The notes under the pieces are model-generated. The model did not search any database, had not been told where the DNA came from, and saw only the letters and a program-made list of their open reading frames with translations. Position numbers and translations under genes: made by a program. From Gammaproteobacteria bacterium (lineage in GTDB: Bacteria > Pseudomonadota > Gammaproteobacteria > SZUA-229), in the NCBI GenBank assembly GCA_041589455.1, contig JBFHVQ010000006.1:1-61477 (forward strand): a stretch of 61,477 nt of DNA, given 5' to 3'. Shown one piece after another: positions 32,129-43,642 of the stretch (the stretch's first letter is position 1; each line of letters starts with the position of its first letter).

Positions 32129-33475
32129 ATGCCAAATTCACCAAATAAGCCTCCCCGTACCATATACAGTGTCAGTGAACTTAACCGCACTGTGCGTGGC
32201 CTGCTAGAGAGTCAGTTTCCACTGATCTGGGTCGAAGGCGAAATTTCCAACCTGGCACAACCGGCTTCCGGACATATCTATTTCAGCCTGAAAGATAGTA
32301 ATGCTCAGGTGCGTTGCGCTATGTTTAAAGGCAGAAAGCAGCTTCTCAAGTTTCAACCTGAAAACGGTCAGCAAGTCTTAATCAGAGCCAAAATAGGACT
32401 CTATGAGGCACGTGGTGAATTTCAACTGATTGCTGAGCATATGGAAGAGGCTGGTGCCGGTGCACTGCGTCGTCAATTTGAAGAGCTCAAGGCAAGACTG
32501 GCCAGTGAAGGTCTGTTTGATGCAGAAGCTAAGTTACCCGTCCCAGAACTACCCGAGTGCATTGGAGTGATTACATCTGGCACCGGTGCTGCAATACGCG
32601 ATGTATTAAGTGTGCTAAAGCGACGCTTTCCTTCTATTCCTGTGAAAATATTTCCAGTTGCTGTACAGGGTGATAATGCGGTACCGGAAATTGTACGCGC
32701 GCTGCAGCTGGCATCCATGCAGCAGCAATGCGATGTTCTGTTGATGGTACGCGGCGGCGGATCTCTGGAAGACTTATGGGCTTTCAACGAAGAAGCCGTG
32801 ATTCGTGCTATGGCCGAGTGCGACATTCCCATCGTCAGCGGTGTTGGGCACGAAGTCGATATCACCATTGCGGACTTTGCAGCGGATCAACGAGCGGCGA
32901 CACCTTCGGCTGCCGCCGAACTGGTAAGCCCTAATCGGCTAGTCTATCAATCACAGTTTCAAAACCTTCAGCAACGCCTGACACGGCTAATCAATGATTA
33001 CCTGTTACGCCATAAAGAAAGAGCCCAGTGGCTACAACAACGCCTTAACAGGCAGCACCCAACTAGCCAGCTCAATCAGCAGGCACAACATCTGGATGAC
33101 CTCAATCAACGACTGGTTAACAGTTTTAGCACTCAATTATCAGAGCACCGGCACAGCCTGAAATACCTGTTACAGGATTTGTTGAATAACCGCCCAGACC
33201 AGTTTATCGATTATCAGAAATCACAACTGGAAGACCTGACTAGCCGTATGATATATGCCACACAAGCCTCTCTTGAGAGTCGACAACTTCAACTGGCACA
33301 GTTATCCAGAACACTTCAGGCTGTCAGCCCATTGAATACACTTTCTAGAGGCTACAGTATTACACGTAACCAGCAAGGAGAGACCATCTACCATAAAGAT
33401 CAGGTCGAACCCGGTGAACTAATATCCACAATGCTGGCTGATGGCGAAATTAAGAGCCGCGTAGAAGAAATTTAA
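32129..33475 (+). CDS. xseA: Exodeoxyribonuclease VII large subunit
   Basis: WVEGEISN, SGHIYFSLKD, RGGGSLEDLWAFN, GHEVD. Confidence 0.97.
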   Translation: MPNSPNKPPRTIYSVSELNRTVRGLLESQFPLIWVEGEISNLAQPASGHIYFSLKDSNAQVRCAMFKGRKQLLKFQPENGQQVLIRAKIGLYEARGEFQLIAEHMEEAGAGALRRQFEELKARLASEGLFDAEAKLPVPELPECIGVITSGTGAAIRDVLSVLKRRFPSIPVKIFPVAVQGDNAVPEIVRALQLASMQQQCDVLLMVRGGGSLEDLWAFNEEAVIRAMAECDIPIVSGVGHEVDITIADFAADQRAATPSAAAELVSPNRLVYQSQFQNLQQRLTRLINDYLLRHKERAQWLQQRLNRQHPTSQLNQQAQHLDDLNQRLVNSFSTQLSEHRHSLKYLLQDLLNNRPDQFIDYQKSQLEDLTSRMIYATQASLESRQLQLAQLSRTLQAVSPLNTLSRGYSITRNQQGETIYHKDQVEPGELISTMLADGEIKSRVEEI

Positions 33476-33699
33476 TTTTTTTATAATTTTCAGATATTTA
33501 GCAAAAAAACACTGCGTTTATCAAAGAGTAATTTTTAGTTTTTAATGACCAGACATCGATTCGTAGCCGATAAAAACTCGCCAAAACATAAAAATAAAGG
33601 TAAATTATCTGGTTTGGTTATCCCAGATGCTTGAAAACTGGATAATAAGTAGATAATAATGCGCATCGCTAAGCGTAACTAGATAATTCGGAGATCTCG

Positions 33700-34134
33700 A
33701 TGCCAGATACCACCTCGGCACAATTACACGGTTTTAAGCCCTACAAAGAGAAAAAGGGCGAAGAATACATGAACGATAATCAGCTTGAGCATTTTCGTTC
33801 AATTTTAAACGCCTGGAAAAGTGAACTGATGCAGGAAGTGGATCGTACTGTGGATCATATGAAAGATGATGCCGCTAACTTCCCTGACCCCGCAGATCGC
33901 GCTTCACAGGAAGAAGAATTCAGCCTGGAACTACGAACCCGTGATCGTGAGCGTAAGTTGATCAAGAAAATTGACGAATCACTGAATGAGCTCGACAAGG
34001 GTGATTATGGCTACTGCATAACCTGTGGCGTTGAAATTGGTATTCGCCGTCTGGAGGCACGCCCAACAGCTACCCAGTGTATTGACTGCAAGAGCCTTGA
34101 TGAAATCAAGGAAAAGCAGAACAAAGGCAAGTAA
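33700..34134 (+). CDS. dksA: RNA polymerase-binding protein DksA
   Basis: FPDPADRASQEEEF; 4-Cys finger CITC...CIDC. Confidence 0.97.
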   Translation: MPDTTSAQLHGFKPYKEKKGEEYMNDNQLEHFRSILNAWKSELMQEVDRTVDHMKDDAANFPDPADRASQEEEFSLELRTRDRERKLIKKIDESLNELDKGDYGYCITCGVEIGIRRLEARPTATQCIDCKSLDEIKEKQNKGK

Positions 34135-34143
34135 TACCTCAGC

Positions 34144-34174
34144 AAACTGGCCACTGCTCTGTGTGGCCAGTTTT
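34144..34174 (+). terminator. Terminator-like hairpin between dksA and gluQ
   Basis: AAACTGGCCAC/GTGGCCAGTTT stem ending in a short T run. Confidence 0.65.
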
Positions 34175-34203
34175 GCACTATTCTAAGCCTGATCTGGCTT
34201 CTC

Positions 34204-35106
34204 ATGAGTAATCAAGCTCCCAATTATCGCGGACGTTTTGCACCATCTCCTACTGGCCCCCTTCACAAAGGCTCACTGGTTGCCGCTGTAGCCAGCTATC
34301 TGGAAGCAATTAGTCATCACGGTGAGTGGCTGGTACGCATGGAAGATGTTGATGAACTACGCAATGTCAAAGGTGCTGCAGATAATATCCTGCGTAGCCT
34401 GGAAGCCTATGGTTTTGAGTGGCATGGTGAGGTGCTATACCAGACTCAACGTAAAGAGGCCTACCAGGAAGCACTATCCGAACTACAGCGCAAACAGCTC
34501 ATCTACCCTTGCACCTGCAGTCGTAAGCAACTTCGAAGACTGGCACAAAATGGTGACATCAGCACCAGTAAACTAGGCAACATATATCCAGGCACCTGCA
34601 TTCATAATGAGTTTGCTGATTTTGACCCAGCTGATTATTCTATTCGTATCCAGACACCCTCGGAGAATGTCGGTTTCTCTGATCGTCTTCTGGGCGCATA
34701 CTCTCAACAGCTACAGGCTGAACTTGGGGATTTTATTATCCGCCGTAGAGATGGTTTGTTTGCTTATCAACTGGCGGTTGTTGTGGATGATGCCTACCAG
34801 ATGATTAGCAGTGTTGTCAGGGGGGCTGATTTGCTAGATTCAACCCCTAGACAAATTTATCTTCAGCAGTGCCTGGATTACCCATCGCTAGATTACACTC
34901 ACCTCCCCCTGATACTTCATGACAATGGCGATAAACTCAGCAAGCAAACGGGTGCAGAAGGTATTGGTACTCAGGCCAATATTCCACTTCTCGTTGATTG
35001 TCTTTCCTTTCTTGGCCAGCAACCACCAGCAGAGCTGGCTCAGGAATCATTAGCAACGGTCTGGCAATGGGCAATCCAGAACTGGTCTATCGACAAGGTA
35101 AAATAA
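34204..35106 (+). CDS. gluQ: Glutamyl-queuosine tRNA(Asp) synthetase
   Basis: GRFAPSPTGPLH, CTC, KLSKQ; ~300 aa with no anticodon domain; follows dksA. Confidence 0.92.
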   Translation: MSNQAPNYRGRFAPSPTGPLHKGSLVAAVASYLEAISHHGEWLVRMEDVDELRNVKGAADNILRSLEAYGFEWHGEVLYQTQRKEAYQEALSELQRKQLIYPCTCSRKQLRRLAQNGDISTSKLGNIYPGTCIHNEFADFDPADYSIRIQTPSENVGFSDRLLGAYSQQLQAELGDFIIRRRDGLFAYQLAVVVDDAYQMISSVVRGADLLDSTPRQIYLQQCLDYPSLDYTHLPLILHDNGDKLSKQTGAEGIGTQANIPLLVDCLSFLGQQPPAELAQESLATVWQWAIQNWSIDKVK

Positions 35107-35244
35107 ACTGCAGCACTGCCTGAGCCCACCTGTCCTCGCCTGAACCAATGTATATTTTTCTGATCATCTATCGACAACTTTAATTGCTGAATTTTCTGCG
35201 GTATGCTTTGCTAACCATATAAAAAATGAGACGACGGAGTAATC

Positions 35245-37209
35245 ATGTCCGATAACAATATCGAATCGGTACTAATAGAAGACCGCCAGTTTTCACCTTC
35301 TACAGAATTTACCGCCAACGCCAGAGTCAAACAGGCCGACTTTGACGCTCTGCACAAAGCCGCAAGTGACGACTACACTGGATTCTGGGCTCAGCAAGCC
35401 AGAGAGATGCTGGACTGGCAAACGCCCTTTACTGAAACGCTGGATGACACCCAGGCACCTCATTTTAAATGGTTTGCAGATGGCAAACTCAATGTAACTT
35501 ACAACTGTATCGACCGTCATCTGAAGGACAAGGCCGATAAAACCGCGATTATTTTTGAAGGCGAGAAAGGCGACACTCGCCACATTAGCTACCAGCAACT
35601 GAGTAATGAAATTAATCAGTTTGCTAATGCATTAAAATCTCACAATATTCAAAGTGGTGATCGGGTTGTTATATATATGCCTATGACTCCAGAAGCCGTT
35701 ATTGCCATGCAAGCCTGTGCACGCATTGGCGCCATCCACTCCGTGGTATTTGGCGGGTTCTCAGCAGAGTCCCTACGTGACCGCATCAATGATGCGGGTG
35801 CAAAAATGGTGATCACTGCAGACGGCGGCCATCGCGGGGGAAAAATCGTTGAACTCAAGGCGGCTACCGATAAAGCACTAGATGCAGGCTGCCCCAGCAT
35901 TGAAAATGTAATCGTCTACCAACGAACTCAACATGACATTACAATGCAGTCAGGTCGTGACATCTGGTGGCATGATGCAATTGCCGAACAAAGCACAAAG
36001 TGCGAGCCCGAGTGGGTTGATTCTGAACATCCGTTGTTTCTGCTATACACATCTGGCTCCACTGGCAAGCCCAAGGGCATACAGCACTCAAGTGCAGGCT
36101 ATCTACTCGGCGCCATTATGACGAACCTGTGGGTTTTCGACCTCAAACCCGATGACGTTTTCTGGTGCACGGCCGATGTCGGCTGGATAACCGGCCACAC
36201 CTATGTTGCCTACGGACCTCTTGCAGCCGGTGGCACCATTGTTATTTATGAAGGTGCACCGACGGTACCCGATGGTGGACGCTTCTGGAAAATCTGCGAA
36301 GACCACAAAGTCAGTATTTTCTATACCGCACCAACCGCAATTCGTGCACTGATGAAGCTGGGTGATGAGTTACCAAACAGTTATGACCTGTCATCAATCC
36401 GTCTACTGGGTACCGTGGGTGAACCCATTAATCCGGAAGCCTGGATCTGGTACCACAAGGTAATTGGTAAAGAGCGCTGCCCCATTGTAGACACCTGGTG
36501 GCAAACAGAAACAGGTGCCAATATGATTGCACCTCTCCCTGGTGTAGTCGCCACTAAACCTGGATCATGTACGATTGCCCTACCCGGCATTGATGCCGAT
36601 GTAGTCGATGAAGATGGCAACAGCATCAATGAAGCCAACAAAGGTGGCTATCTGGTAATCAAAAAACCATTCCCCTCCCAATTACGCACCATCTGGGGAG
36701 ATGATCAACGATACAAGGAAACTTACTGGCCCAAATTTGGTGGAAAGTATTATCTAGCGGGCGACTCTGCACGTAAGGATGCTGATGGCTATTTCTGGAT
36801 TATGGGCCGTATCGACGATGTTCTGAATGTATCAGGTCATCGACTTGGCACAATGGAAGTAGAATCTGCACTGGTTGCCCATGAACGTGTCGCTGAAGCG
36901 GCTGTAGTAGGCTACCCTCATGATATCAAAGGCGAAGCCATTTTTGCCTATGTGGTGCTTCGCGGCCCGCGCCCTGAAGGCGGCATTGATGAAGCTCTGA
37001 CTCAGGAACTCCGCAGCTGGGTTGGTGAACAGATTGGCCCCATCGCCAAACCCGATCAGATACGTTTCTCAGACAACTTACCAAAAACACGCTCTGGAAA
37101 AATCATGCGACGACTCCTGCGAAATATTGCACGTGGTGAAGAGATTACCTCTGATACATCGACCCTGGAAAACGAAGACATCCTGTTACAATTACAGGGT
37201 AAAGCCTGA
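35245..37209 (+). CDS. acs: Acetyl-CoA synthetase
   Basis: [32 protein letters not shown]. Confidence 0.96.
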   Translation: MSDNNIESVLIEDRQFSPSTEFTANARVKQADFDALHKAASDDYTGFWAQQAREMLDWQTPFTETLDDTQAPHFKWFADGKLNVTYNCIDRHLKDKADKTAIIFEGEKGDTRHISYQQLSNEINQFANALKSHNIQSGDRVVIYMPMTPEAVIAMQACARIGAIHSVVFGGFSAESLRDRINDAGAKMVITADGGHRGGKIVELKAATDKALDAGCPSIENVIVYQRTQHDITMQSGRDIWWHDAIAEQSTKCEPEWVDSEHPLFLLYTSGSTGKPKGIQHSSAGYLLGAIMTNLWVFDLKPDDVFWCTADVGWITGHTYVAYGPLAAGGTIVIYEGAPTVPDGGRFWKICEDHKVSIFYTAPTAIRALMKLGDELPNSYDLSSIRLLGTVGEPINPEAWIWYHKVIGKERCPIVDTWWQTETGANMIAPLPGVVATKPGSCTIALPGIDADVVDEDGNSINEANKGGYLVIKKPFPSQLRTIWGDDQRYKETYWPKFGGKYYLAGDSARKDADGYFWIMGRIDDVLNVSGHRLGTMEVESALVAHERVAEAAVVGYPHDIKGEAIFAYVVLRGPRPEGGIDEALTQELRSWVGEQIGPIAKPDQIRFSDNLPKTRSGKIMRRLLRNIARGEEITSDTSTLENEDILLQLQGKA

Positions 37210-37216
37210 TTGATAT

Positions 37217-37238
37217 TGCCGCCAGCTTGCTGGCGGCA
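37217..37238 (+). terminator. Hairpin after acs
   Basis: TGCCGCCAG-CTTG-CTGGCGGCA; weak U tract. Confidence 0.55.
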
Positions 37239-37335
37239 TATTAACTCTAGATACCCACCTCATGCTTAGCGACAACTCCTTATATAAAAAACCATCCACA
37301 CATATCCTGAGTAATTTTAATAAGTACTAACTCGT

Positions 37336-38613
37336 ATGCTAACCGACAAAAGCACTGTTGAAGTAATAAAAAAATCTCGCAAGCTGGTCAGCATCCTGTT
37401 TTCGGACATTGAGCACTCCACCCGACACTGGGAGCGACGCGGTGATATCGATGCACGCCTGCTTATCGACCGACATAATCGCCTGCTATTTCCAGTGATT
37501 CGCAAATACAAAGGGCGTATTATCAAAACTCTGGGTGATGCCATAATGGCTGCTTTTGATAATGCTGATAACGCCATTAAAGCCGGTATCGCTATGCAGC
37601 AGGTGCTAGCTGCCGAGCGACAAAAAGATAAATATTTCAGCTTACGAACCAGAATAGGAATTCATACGGGTAAATGCATTGTCGAACATGAAGACATTTT
37701 TGGTGATGTGGTCAATGTCGCCGCCAAAATCCAGCACACCGCACAGGCTAATGAAATACTGATTTCATCATCTACCCAGGCCCGCATCAAAACGGCATTT
37801 GAAATCACGCCTCACAGTCAGTTAAAGCTTGCTGGCAAGATTAAACAAATCCAACTTTTCAGTTGTGACTGGAAGCAACATGAAAATTTAGCACAAAATA
37901 TCAGCGCGGATGCAATACTGCCTATTCTTAAGCGGCAGAAGTTTGAAATAATAAGTTACCTTAGCATTATTCTTTTTACTTTATTCTTTCTCTATCAGCA
38001 CTACATTCGTTTTATGCTGGCTGACTTTAATATTCTTCCCGAGCTATCCTCTTTTTCGGAAAAGCTACCCACTGATTATCCACTGGTACTGGCAATTCAA
38101 GTGCTACTACTGATTAGCTTTATTATTTATCTTGTGAGAATCGATTTTATTTCACGGGTATTACTTCGTATTCTCAGCGGTTCACTTGCTGCCTGCCTAA
38201 CTATATTACTTTTTACGGCATTCAATTATTATCTGGAGCTGCCATTCAAAAAGCGCTGGCACCAGAGCATATATCAGAGCAACCACCAGTTCGTCGAGGT
38301 GATAAACAACCAGGTTGCGGTTAAGTTGAAACCCAGCAAGCAATCTCAGGTACTGAGAATATCACCTAAAGGTGAGATTTATGTTTATTTAGAAACCCGC
38401 ACAATAAATAAATTACAATGGGATAAAGTTCAGTTAAGCTCACAACAACACGGCTGGATACCACGCAAAATTCTTCCCGCTTTTGGAGTGGCTGAAGAGC
38501 CGCTTACTAAAACCGATAAATTTTACTTCCGGTATTATGACCTTTATGCCGTAATTTTAGCTATACTCGCTTTTATATGGGGATATCTGGGATACAGAAT
38601 CAGGCCTAGCTAA
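37336..38613 (+). CDS. Class III adenylate/guanylate cyclase with TM helices and an SH3b-like domain
   Basis: LFSDIEHST, KTLGDAIMA, RIGIHTG, DIFGDVVNVAAK; about 4 TMs; SH3b-like LKPSKQSQVL...WDKVQL...GWIP. Confidence 0.8.
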   Translation: MLTDKSTVEVIKKSRKLVSILFSDIEHSTRHWERRGDIDARLLIDRHNRLLFPVIRKYKGRIIKTLGDAIMAAFDNADNAIKAGIAMQQVLAAERQKDKYFSLRTRIGIHTGKCIVEHEDIFGDVVNVAAKIQHTAQANEILISSSTQARIKTAFEITPHSQLKLAGKIKQIQLFSCDWKQHENLAQNISADAILPILKRQKFEIISYLSIILFTLFFLYQHYIRFMLADFNILPELSSFSEKLPTDYPLVLAIQVLLLISFIIYLVRIDFISRVLLRILSGSLAACLTILLFTAFNYYLELPFKKRWHQSIYQSNHQFVEVINNQVAVKLKPSKQSQVLRISPKGEIYVYLETRTINKLQWDKVQLSSQQHGWIPRKILPAFGVAEEPLTKTDKFYFRYYDLYAVILAILAFIWGYLGYRIRPS

Positions 38614-38615
38614 CA

Positions 38616-39056
38616 ATGAAATCGCAATCAAACTATCGGATAGTTTTATCTTTTAGCAGCCTGCTACTTATACAGGGTTGTAGTTTTTCGCCTCAGACAC
38701 ATAATATCAGCCCATACTTTGACGGCACGCTTACACTTCAGGGCGAAGCGATTTCGCAGGCCAGAATTCTATTAAGCCTGAAACCTGATGATATTCAATG
38801 CAACCAGGCCGAAAAATCCACTCAGACAGATAAAAACGGTAAATTTAGCCTTAAGCCCATTACCCGTAAAAGCAGCTATGTGCCATTTATAAATTACCAT
38901 TTTGTGGAATGGACGCTTTGTGCAGAATACGAACATCAACGCTATCTTTTGACACAGAACAATCGCTATACAAGCGAACATCAAAACGAATCAATTTATA
39001 TAAATTGTGATCTTGCCATGAAGAAAAAGTCGGCTCACTGCAAAATAGATCATTAA
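38616..39056 (+). CDS. Hypothetical lipoprotein
   Basis: Lipobox IQGC; TQTDKNGKFSL beta-sandwich-like motif; starts 2 nt after the cyclase stop. Confidence 0.65.
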   Translation: MKSQSNYRIVLSFSSLLLIQGCSFSPQTHNISPYFDGTLTLQGEAISQARILLSLKPDDIQCNQAEKSTQTDKNGKFSLKPITRKSSYVPFINYHFVEWTLCAEYEHQRYLLTQNNRYTSEHQNESIYINCDLAMKKKSAHCKIDH

Positions 39057-39067
39057 ACAGTAATCTG

Positions 39068-40795
39068 TTAACTATTCGCTTTCAGCATTTTTTCAAACTC
39101 ATCGGCAGGTACCGGCTTGCTCCAGAAAAAACCCTGTGCATACTGACACTCACAGGAAACAAGGTATTCCAGTTGCTGCTGAACTTCCACTCCTTCAGCA
39201 ACCATATTAAGCCTTAATGCCTGTGCCAGCTGAATCATCGCTCGAATAATTGCACTGTCTTCTTCATCGTGCGGTACACCACTGATAAAAGAACGATCTA
39301 TCTTTACCGTATCAAAAGGAAACTCCTTAAGATAAGACATAGAAGCATAACCGGTACCAAAATCATCCAATGCAATTCGAATCCCCAGCTGTTTCAACTG
39401 TGAAAGTATCGTTCGCGCTTTTTCACTATTATCTACCAACGCACTTTCCGTTAACTCAACCTCGATAAATTCAGGTGCTATTTCTGCTTCAGCGATAATT
39501 CGCTGGCAATATTCGAGCAAGCCGCCCTCTTTCAGATGACGACTGGATATATTTATAGAAATATTATCAAGCGATAAGCCTTTATTTTGCCAGCACTTCA
39601 GTTGCTCACAGGCCTGCTTTAAAACCCATTGATCAAGCTTGATAATCAGGTCTGTTTCTTCCGCAACAGGTATAAACACACAGGGTGCTACCAGGCCTTG
39701 TTGAGGTTGATTCCAGCGAACAAGTACTTCAGCACCCGAAATTTTCTGAGTAGAAAGATCAATTTTAGGCTGATAAAAAAGTGTAAATTCATCTCGTTCT
39801 AGCGCACTAATCAACTGATTTTCTATATCTAGTCGCCGCATGGCTTTTTCACTCATTTCCTGAGCATAAAACCGAAAAGTATTACGGCCACAATCTTTCG
39901 CCCTGTACATTGCTGTATCAGCATTTTTTAGTAGACTACCAAAATTAGTGCCATCCTGTGGATACATGGCGACGCCAATACTGGCTCCGACATTGACATT
40001 TTTATTACTAACCTGAACTGGCTGTTGAAGAACATCCAGTATATTTCGCGCAACAGTCGTTATTTTCTCAACCTGCTCAATGCCTTCAATAATAACGGCA
40101 AATTCATCCCCACCCAAACGTGAAATTGTGTCCGACTTTCTCAGTAACTCTTTAAGTCGAGTGGCAACAATATTAAGGAGATTATCACCTGCAGCATGCC
40201 CAATAGAATCATTAACCACTTTAAAATGATCAATATCGATATATAAAAGCGCAAAAAAACCGCCTTCACGCTGCACTCGGTTGATCGCCTGGGCTATTCT
40301 ATCAGTAAACAGAATACGATTAGGTAAACCCGTCAGGGAATCATGATAGGCAATATGCCGAATTTTTCGTTCCACTTCTACCGCAGACAGAATCCGTTTA
40401 ATTCGATGCTTGAGAACAGACCAGTTAAATGGCTTAGTGACATAATCACTGGCACCAACTAAAAATGCTCTTTCAACTGAATGATCATCATCAAGAGACG
40501 TTGCCATAAGCACTGGTGTCTCACAACAACCCTCTAACTCAAGAATTTTCTGAGTCGCCTGAAACCCATCCATTTCAGGCATTACTGCATCCATAATAAT
40601 TAAATCAGGCTTATGATGAGCTGCAAGCTCCAGAGCCTGTAAGCCATTGTCTGCTTCGATGACTTGAAAATCACACTGATACATGACATGTTTGATCAAT
40701 AATCGTAAAGATGGATCATCATCAGCAATTAAAATCAATGGAACGTGTTTGGTGTCAGAGCTTTCACTCTGAACGTCATCACTAAAATCATTCAT
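39068..40795 (-). CDS. Response regulator with REC-GGDEF-EAL domains (c-di-GMP metabolism)
   Basis: LIADDD/IIMDAVMP; RKSD I-site plus RLGGDEF; EVLVRW and DDFGTGY. Confidence 0.93.
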   Translation of the reverse strand: MNDFSDDVQSESSDTKHVPLILIADDDPSLRLLIKHVMYQCDFQVIEADNGLQALELAAHHKPDLIIMDAVMPEMDGFQATQKILELEGCCETPVLMATSLDDDHSVERAFLVGASDYVTKPFNWSVLKHRIKRILSAVEVERKIRHIAYHDSLTGLPNRILFTDRIAQAINRVQREGGFFALLYIDIDHFKVVNDSIGHAAGDNLLNIVATRLKELLRKSDTISRLGGDEFAVIIEGIEQVEKITTVARNILDVLQQPVQVSNKNVNVGASIGVAMYPQDGTNFGSLLKNADTAMYRAKDCGRNTFRFYAQEMSEKAMRRLDIENQLISALERDEFTLFYQPKIDLSTQKISGAEVLVRWNQPQQGLVAPCVFIPVAEETDLIIKLDQWVLKQACEQLKCWQNKGLSLDNISINISSRHLKEGGLLEYCQRIIAEAEIAPEFIEVELTESALVDNSEKARTILSQLKQLGIRIALDDFGTGYASMSYLKEFPFDTVKIDRSFISGVPHDEEDSAIIRAMIQLAQALRLNMVAEGVEVQQQLEYLVSCECQYAQGFFWSKPVPADEFEKMLKANS

Positions 40796-40897
40796 AATTT
40801 ATTGTTGTTATATTATATACATATCAAACACCATGCTCCTGCAGGCTTTGATACAAAATAAAAAGCTATACCTTAATAGTATAACAGTCAAAAAAAG

Positions 40898-43513
40898 TTA
40901 GGCTTTCAAACCTCTTTCCGTAATTTCGAAAATATCTTTTGCAAGATTCTGTGTATTAGCCACCCGCTGCAGCTGTGCTTTCATCATCTGCTGTCTGGCC
41001 GAGTTATATTTTTTCCATTGAATTAAAGGTAGTAATAGTCGCGCAGCAATCTGCGGGTTAGTGTCATTAAGCTTGATAACAACATCAGCTAATAATTCAT
41101 ATCCTTGACCAGACAAACGGTGAAACTCCACTGCATTAGCCTGTGAAAAGGCACCAATCAGAGAGCGCACTCTATTAGGTACTGACATATCAAAAGCAGG
41201 ATGTTCCATTAAACTCTGTATATGTGAAAATGCAGCATCACCAGCCGCTGTAGCCTGCACTGTAAACCATTTATCAATCACCAGAGGGTCTGCTTGCCAT
41301 TGTTGATAAAATTCCTCTAGGGCTTTTTTACCAGGCCTATCCGTGTAGTGCACAAGGCAGCGCAAAGCTGATAACTGATCGGTCATATTATTAGCTTCTT
41401 TATATTGACGTTGTGCATGGTCAATAGCACTATATTTTGCAGTATTTGTATCACTGCACATAATATAAGCAAGGCAAATATTTTTTAAACTACGTTGCCC
41501 CATAGCTTCTGCTGTTAAATCAAACTGTGAATTCAGATTCTGATCGTAGACCCGTAAAAAATCATCAATTAATTCAAATGCCAATGTCTTCTTACAAAAC
41601 TCTCTGACATAATAAATTGCATCAACATCAATCACTGTCATATTCTGAGCAATATAATCTTCACTTGGCAGTGTTATTAAACGTGCAGCAAGTGCCTTAT
41701 CCAGAGTACTGTCTTGTAATATTTTTTTGAACGTTTCTATAAAGAAGTCATCAAGCGTAAGTGCTTTTCCATTCTGAAAATCATCGATAAGATTCAACAG
41801 TATATCCATACCCAGCTGCTGAGAGCAGTTCCAGCGATTGAACTCATCTGTATCATGTGCCATCAGGAATGCTAGTTCAGAATTTTCCTGTTTAAAATTC
41901 AATCTCACTGGTGCTGAATAATTTCGCAGTGCCGATACAGTAGTACCCTCTTCTATTGCATCAAACTCTATAACTTGATGTTCTTGAGTAATATCTATAA
42001 CACTGGCCGATTCCGTAACTTCATTACCCTGAGCATCGATTAAACCGACACTAAATGGAATATGAAATGGCTTATTACTTTCGATATCTGACGACTGGGT
42101 AAGTTTCAGCTTAAGCAGCTTCTTTTCTGCATCATAATCTGTCTGTAAGTCCAGTTGTGGCGTACCCGACTGATGATACCAGCGCTTAAACTGCTGCAAA
42201 TCGACATTGCTGGCATCTTCCATTGCCTTTATAAAATTTTCTGTGGTTGCTGCTTCACCATCATGGCGTTGAAAATAAAGATCTGTTCCTTTACGGAAAT
42301 TTTCTTTGCCCAGGAGGGTATGTATCATACGAATAACTTCTGCACCCTTGTTATACACGGTAACGGTATAAAAGTTATTAATTTCAACATATGATTCAGG
42401 TTGAATGGGATGCGCCATTGGACCAGAGTCTTCAACAAACTGTCGCGTGCGTAAAATATTGACATCATCAATGCGCTTAACAGTGGCTGAGTTCATGTCT
42501 GAAGTAAACTGCTGGTCTCTAAATACTGTCAGGCCTTCTTTAAGGGTTAACTGGAACCAGTCTCTGCAGGTTACCCGATTACCACTCCAGTTATGAAAAT
42601 ATTCATGACCAATTACACCTTCAATATTAATAAAGTCGGTATCGGTGGCAGTATCCGGACGAGCAAGTACATATTTGGAATTAAAGACATTCAGCCCCTT
42701 ATTCTCCATTGCCCCCATATTAAAATCATCCACAGCGACGATCATATAGATATCCAGATCATATTCCCGACCATAGGTTTCTTCGTCCCACTTCATTGAT
42801 TTATGCAATGAGCGCATGGCATGATCACATTTATCTACATTATGTGACTCTACATAAATGCGACAATCTATTTCTCGCCCGGAGCAGGTAGTATAGGTAT
42901 CAGTAACACACTCCAGATCTCCCGCAACCAGAGCAAATAGATAACAAGGCTTCTTAAACGGGTCTTCCCAGGTAGCACAATGCTGTCCATTATTCAGTTC
43001 TTCTGTATCTACCAGATTACCGTTTGATAACAGTACAGGGTATTTTTCCTTGTCGGCAACAATCGTCGTAGTGAACTTTGCCATTACATCAGGGCGATCC
43101 AGGTAATACGTTATTTTTCTAAACCCCTGAGCTTCACACTGCGTACAATAATTGCCTGATGATTTATAAAGTCCTTCCAGTGAAGTATTTTCCTGTGGCT
43201 TTATAAAAGTTTCTATCTGCAGAGTAAACTCATCCGGCACATCTGGAATCCATAGGTTTTCTTTTGTAACACTAAATTCAGAGTCACCCAGAGCTCGATT
43301 ATTTAGGAATATGGAACCTAGGCGCAGACCTTCTCCATCAAGCTCCAGGATATGTGCGCCATCCAGTGCTTCATTTCTCCTGACCTCCATTTCAGAAACA
43401 ACCCGAGTCTCACTCTCGCCTAGCTCAAATCGCAGGTTAACGGATTCAATCCAGTACTGTGGTGGGGTATAGTCTTTCAGGTAGATCGTTTTTGGGGTTG
43501 CTTCTTTGATCAT
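40898..43513 (-). CDS. pepN: Aminopeptidase N
   Basis: GAMENKG, HEYFHNW, LKEG. Confidence 0.97.
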   Translation of the reverse strand: MIKEATPKTIYLKDYTPPQYWIESVNLRFELGESETRVVSEMEVRRNEALDGAHILELDGEGLRLGSIFLNNRALGDSEFSVTKENLWIPDVPDEFTLQIETFIKPQENTSLEGLYKSSGNYCTQCEAQGFRKITYYLDRPDVMAKFTTTIVADKEKYPVLLSNGNLVDTEELNNGQHCATWEDPFKKPCYLFALVAGDLECVTDTYTTCSGREIDCRIYVESHNVDKCDHAMRSLHKSMKWDEETYGREYDLDIYMIVAVDDFNMGAMENKGLNVFNSKYVLARPDTATDTDFINIEGVIGHEYFHNWSGNRVTCRDWFQLTLKEGLTVFRDQQFTSDMNSATVKRIDDVNILRTRQFVEDSGPMAHPIQPESYVEINNFYTVTVYNKGAEVIRMIHTLLGKENFRKGTDLYFQRHDGEAATTENFIKAMEDASNVDLQQFKRWYHQSGTPQLDLQTDYDAEKKLLKLKLTQSSDIESNKPFHIPFSVGLIDAQGNEVTESASVIDITQEHQVIEFDAIEEGTTVSALRNYSAPVRLNFKQENSELAFLMAHDTDEFNRWNCSQQLGMDILLNLIDDFQNGKALTLDDFFIETFKKILQDSTLDKALAARLITLPSEDYIAQNMTVIDVDAIYYVREFCKKTLAFELIDDFLRVYDQNLNSQFDLTAEAMGQRSLKNICLAYIMCSDTNTAKYSAIDHAQRQYKEANNMTDQLSALRCLVHYTDRPGKKALEEFYQQWQADPLVIDKWFTVQATAAGDAAFSHIQSLMEHPAFDMSVPNRVRSLIGAFSQANAVEFHRLSGQGYELLADVVIKLNDTNPQIAARLLLPLIQWKKYNSARQQMMKAQLQRVANTQNLAKDIFEITERGLKA

Positions 43514-43642
43514 GTAGTTTCCTCTGCCGCATCTTCAAAGATACAACAAATCCAATGAATATCAAGCACTTACTAATTTTTATTCAAATAACCTTTGTTT
43601 CTTATGTGACTTTTACACCCTGGGTATGAGAAAAATACAAGC

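Noticed and set aside
33547-33573. GCCGATAA sigma-28 -10 element upstream of dksA
   Set aside because: No TAAA at the 15-nt spacing (GACC instead).
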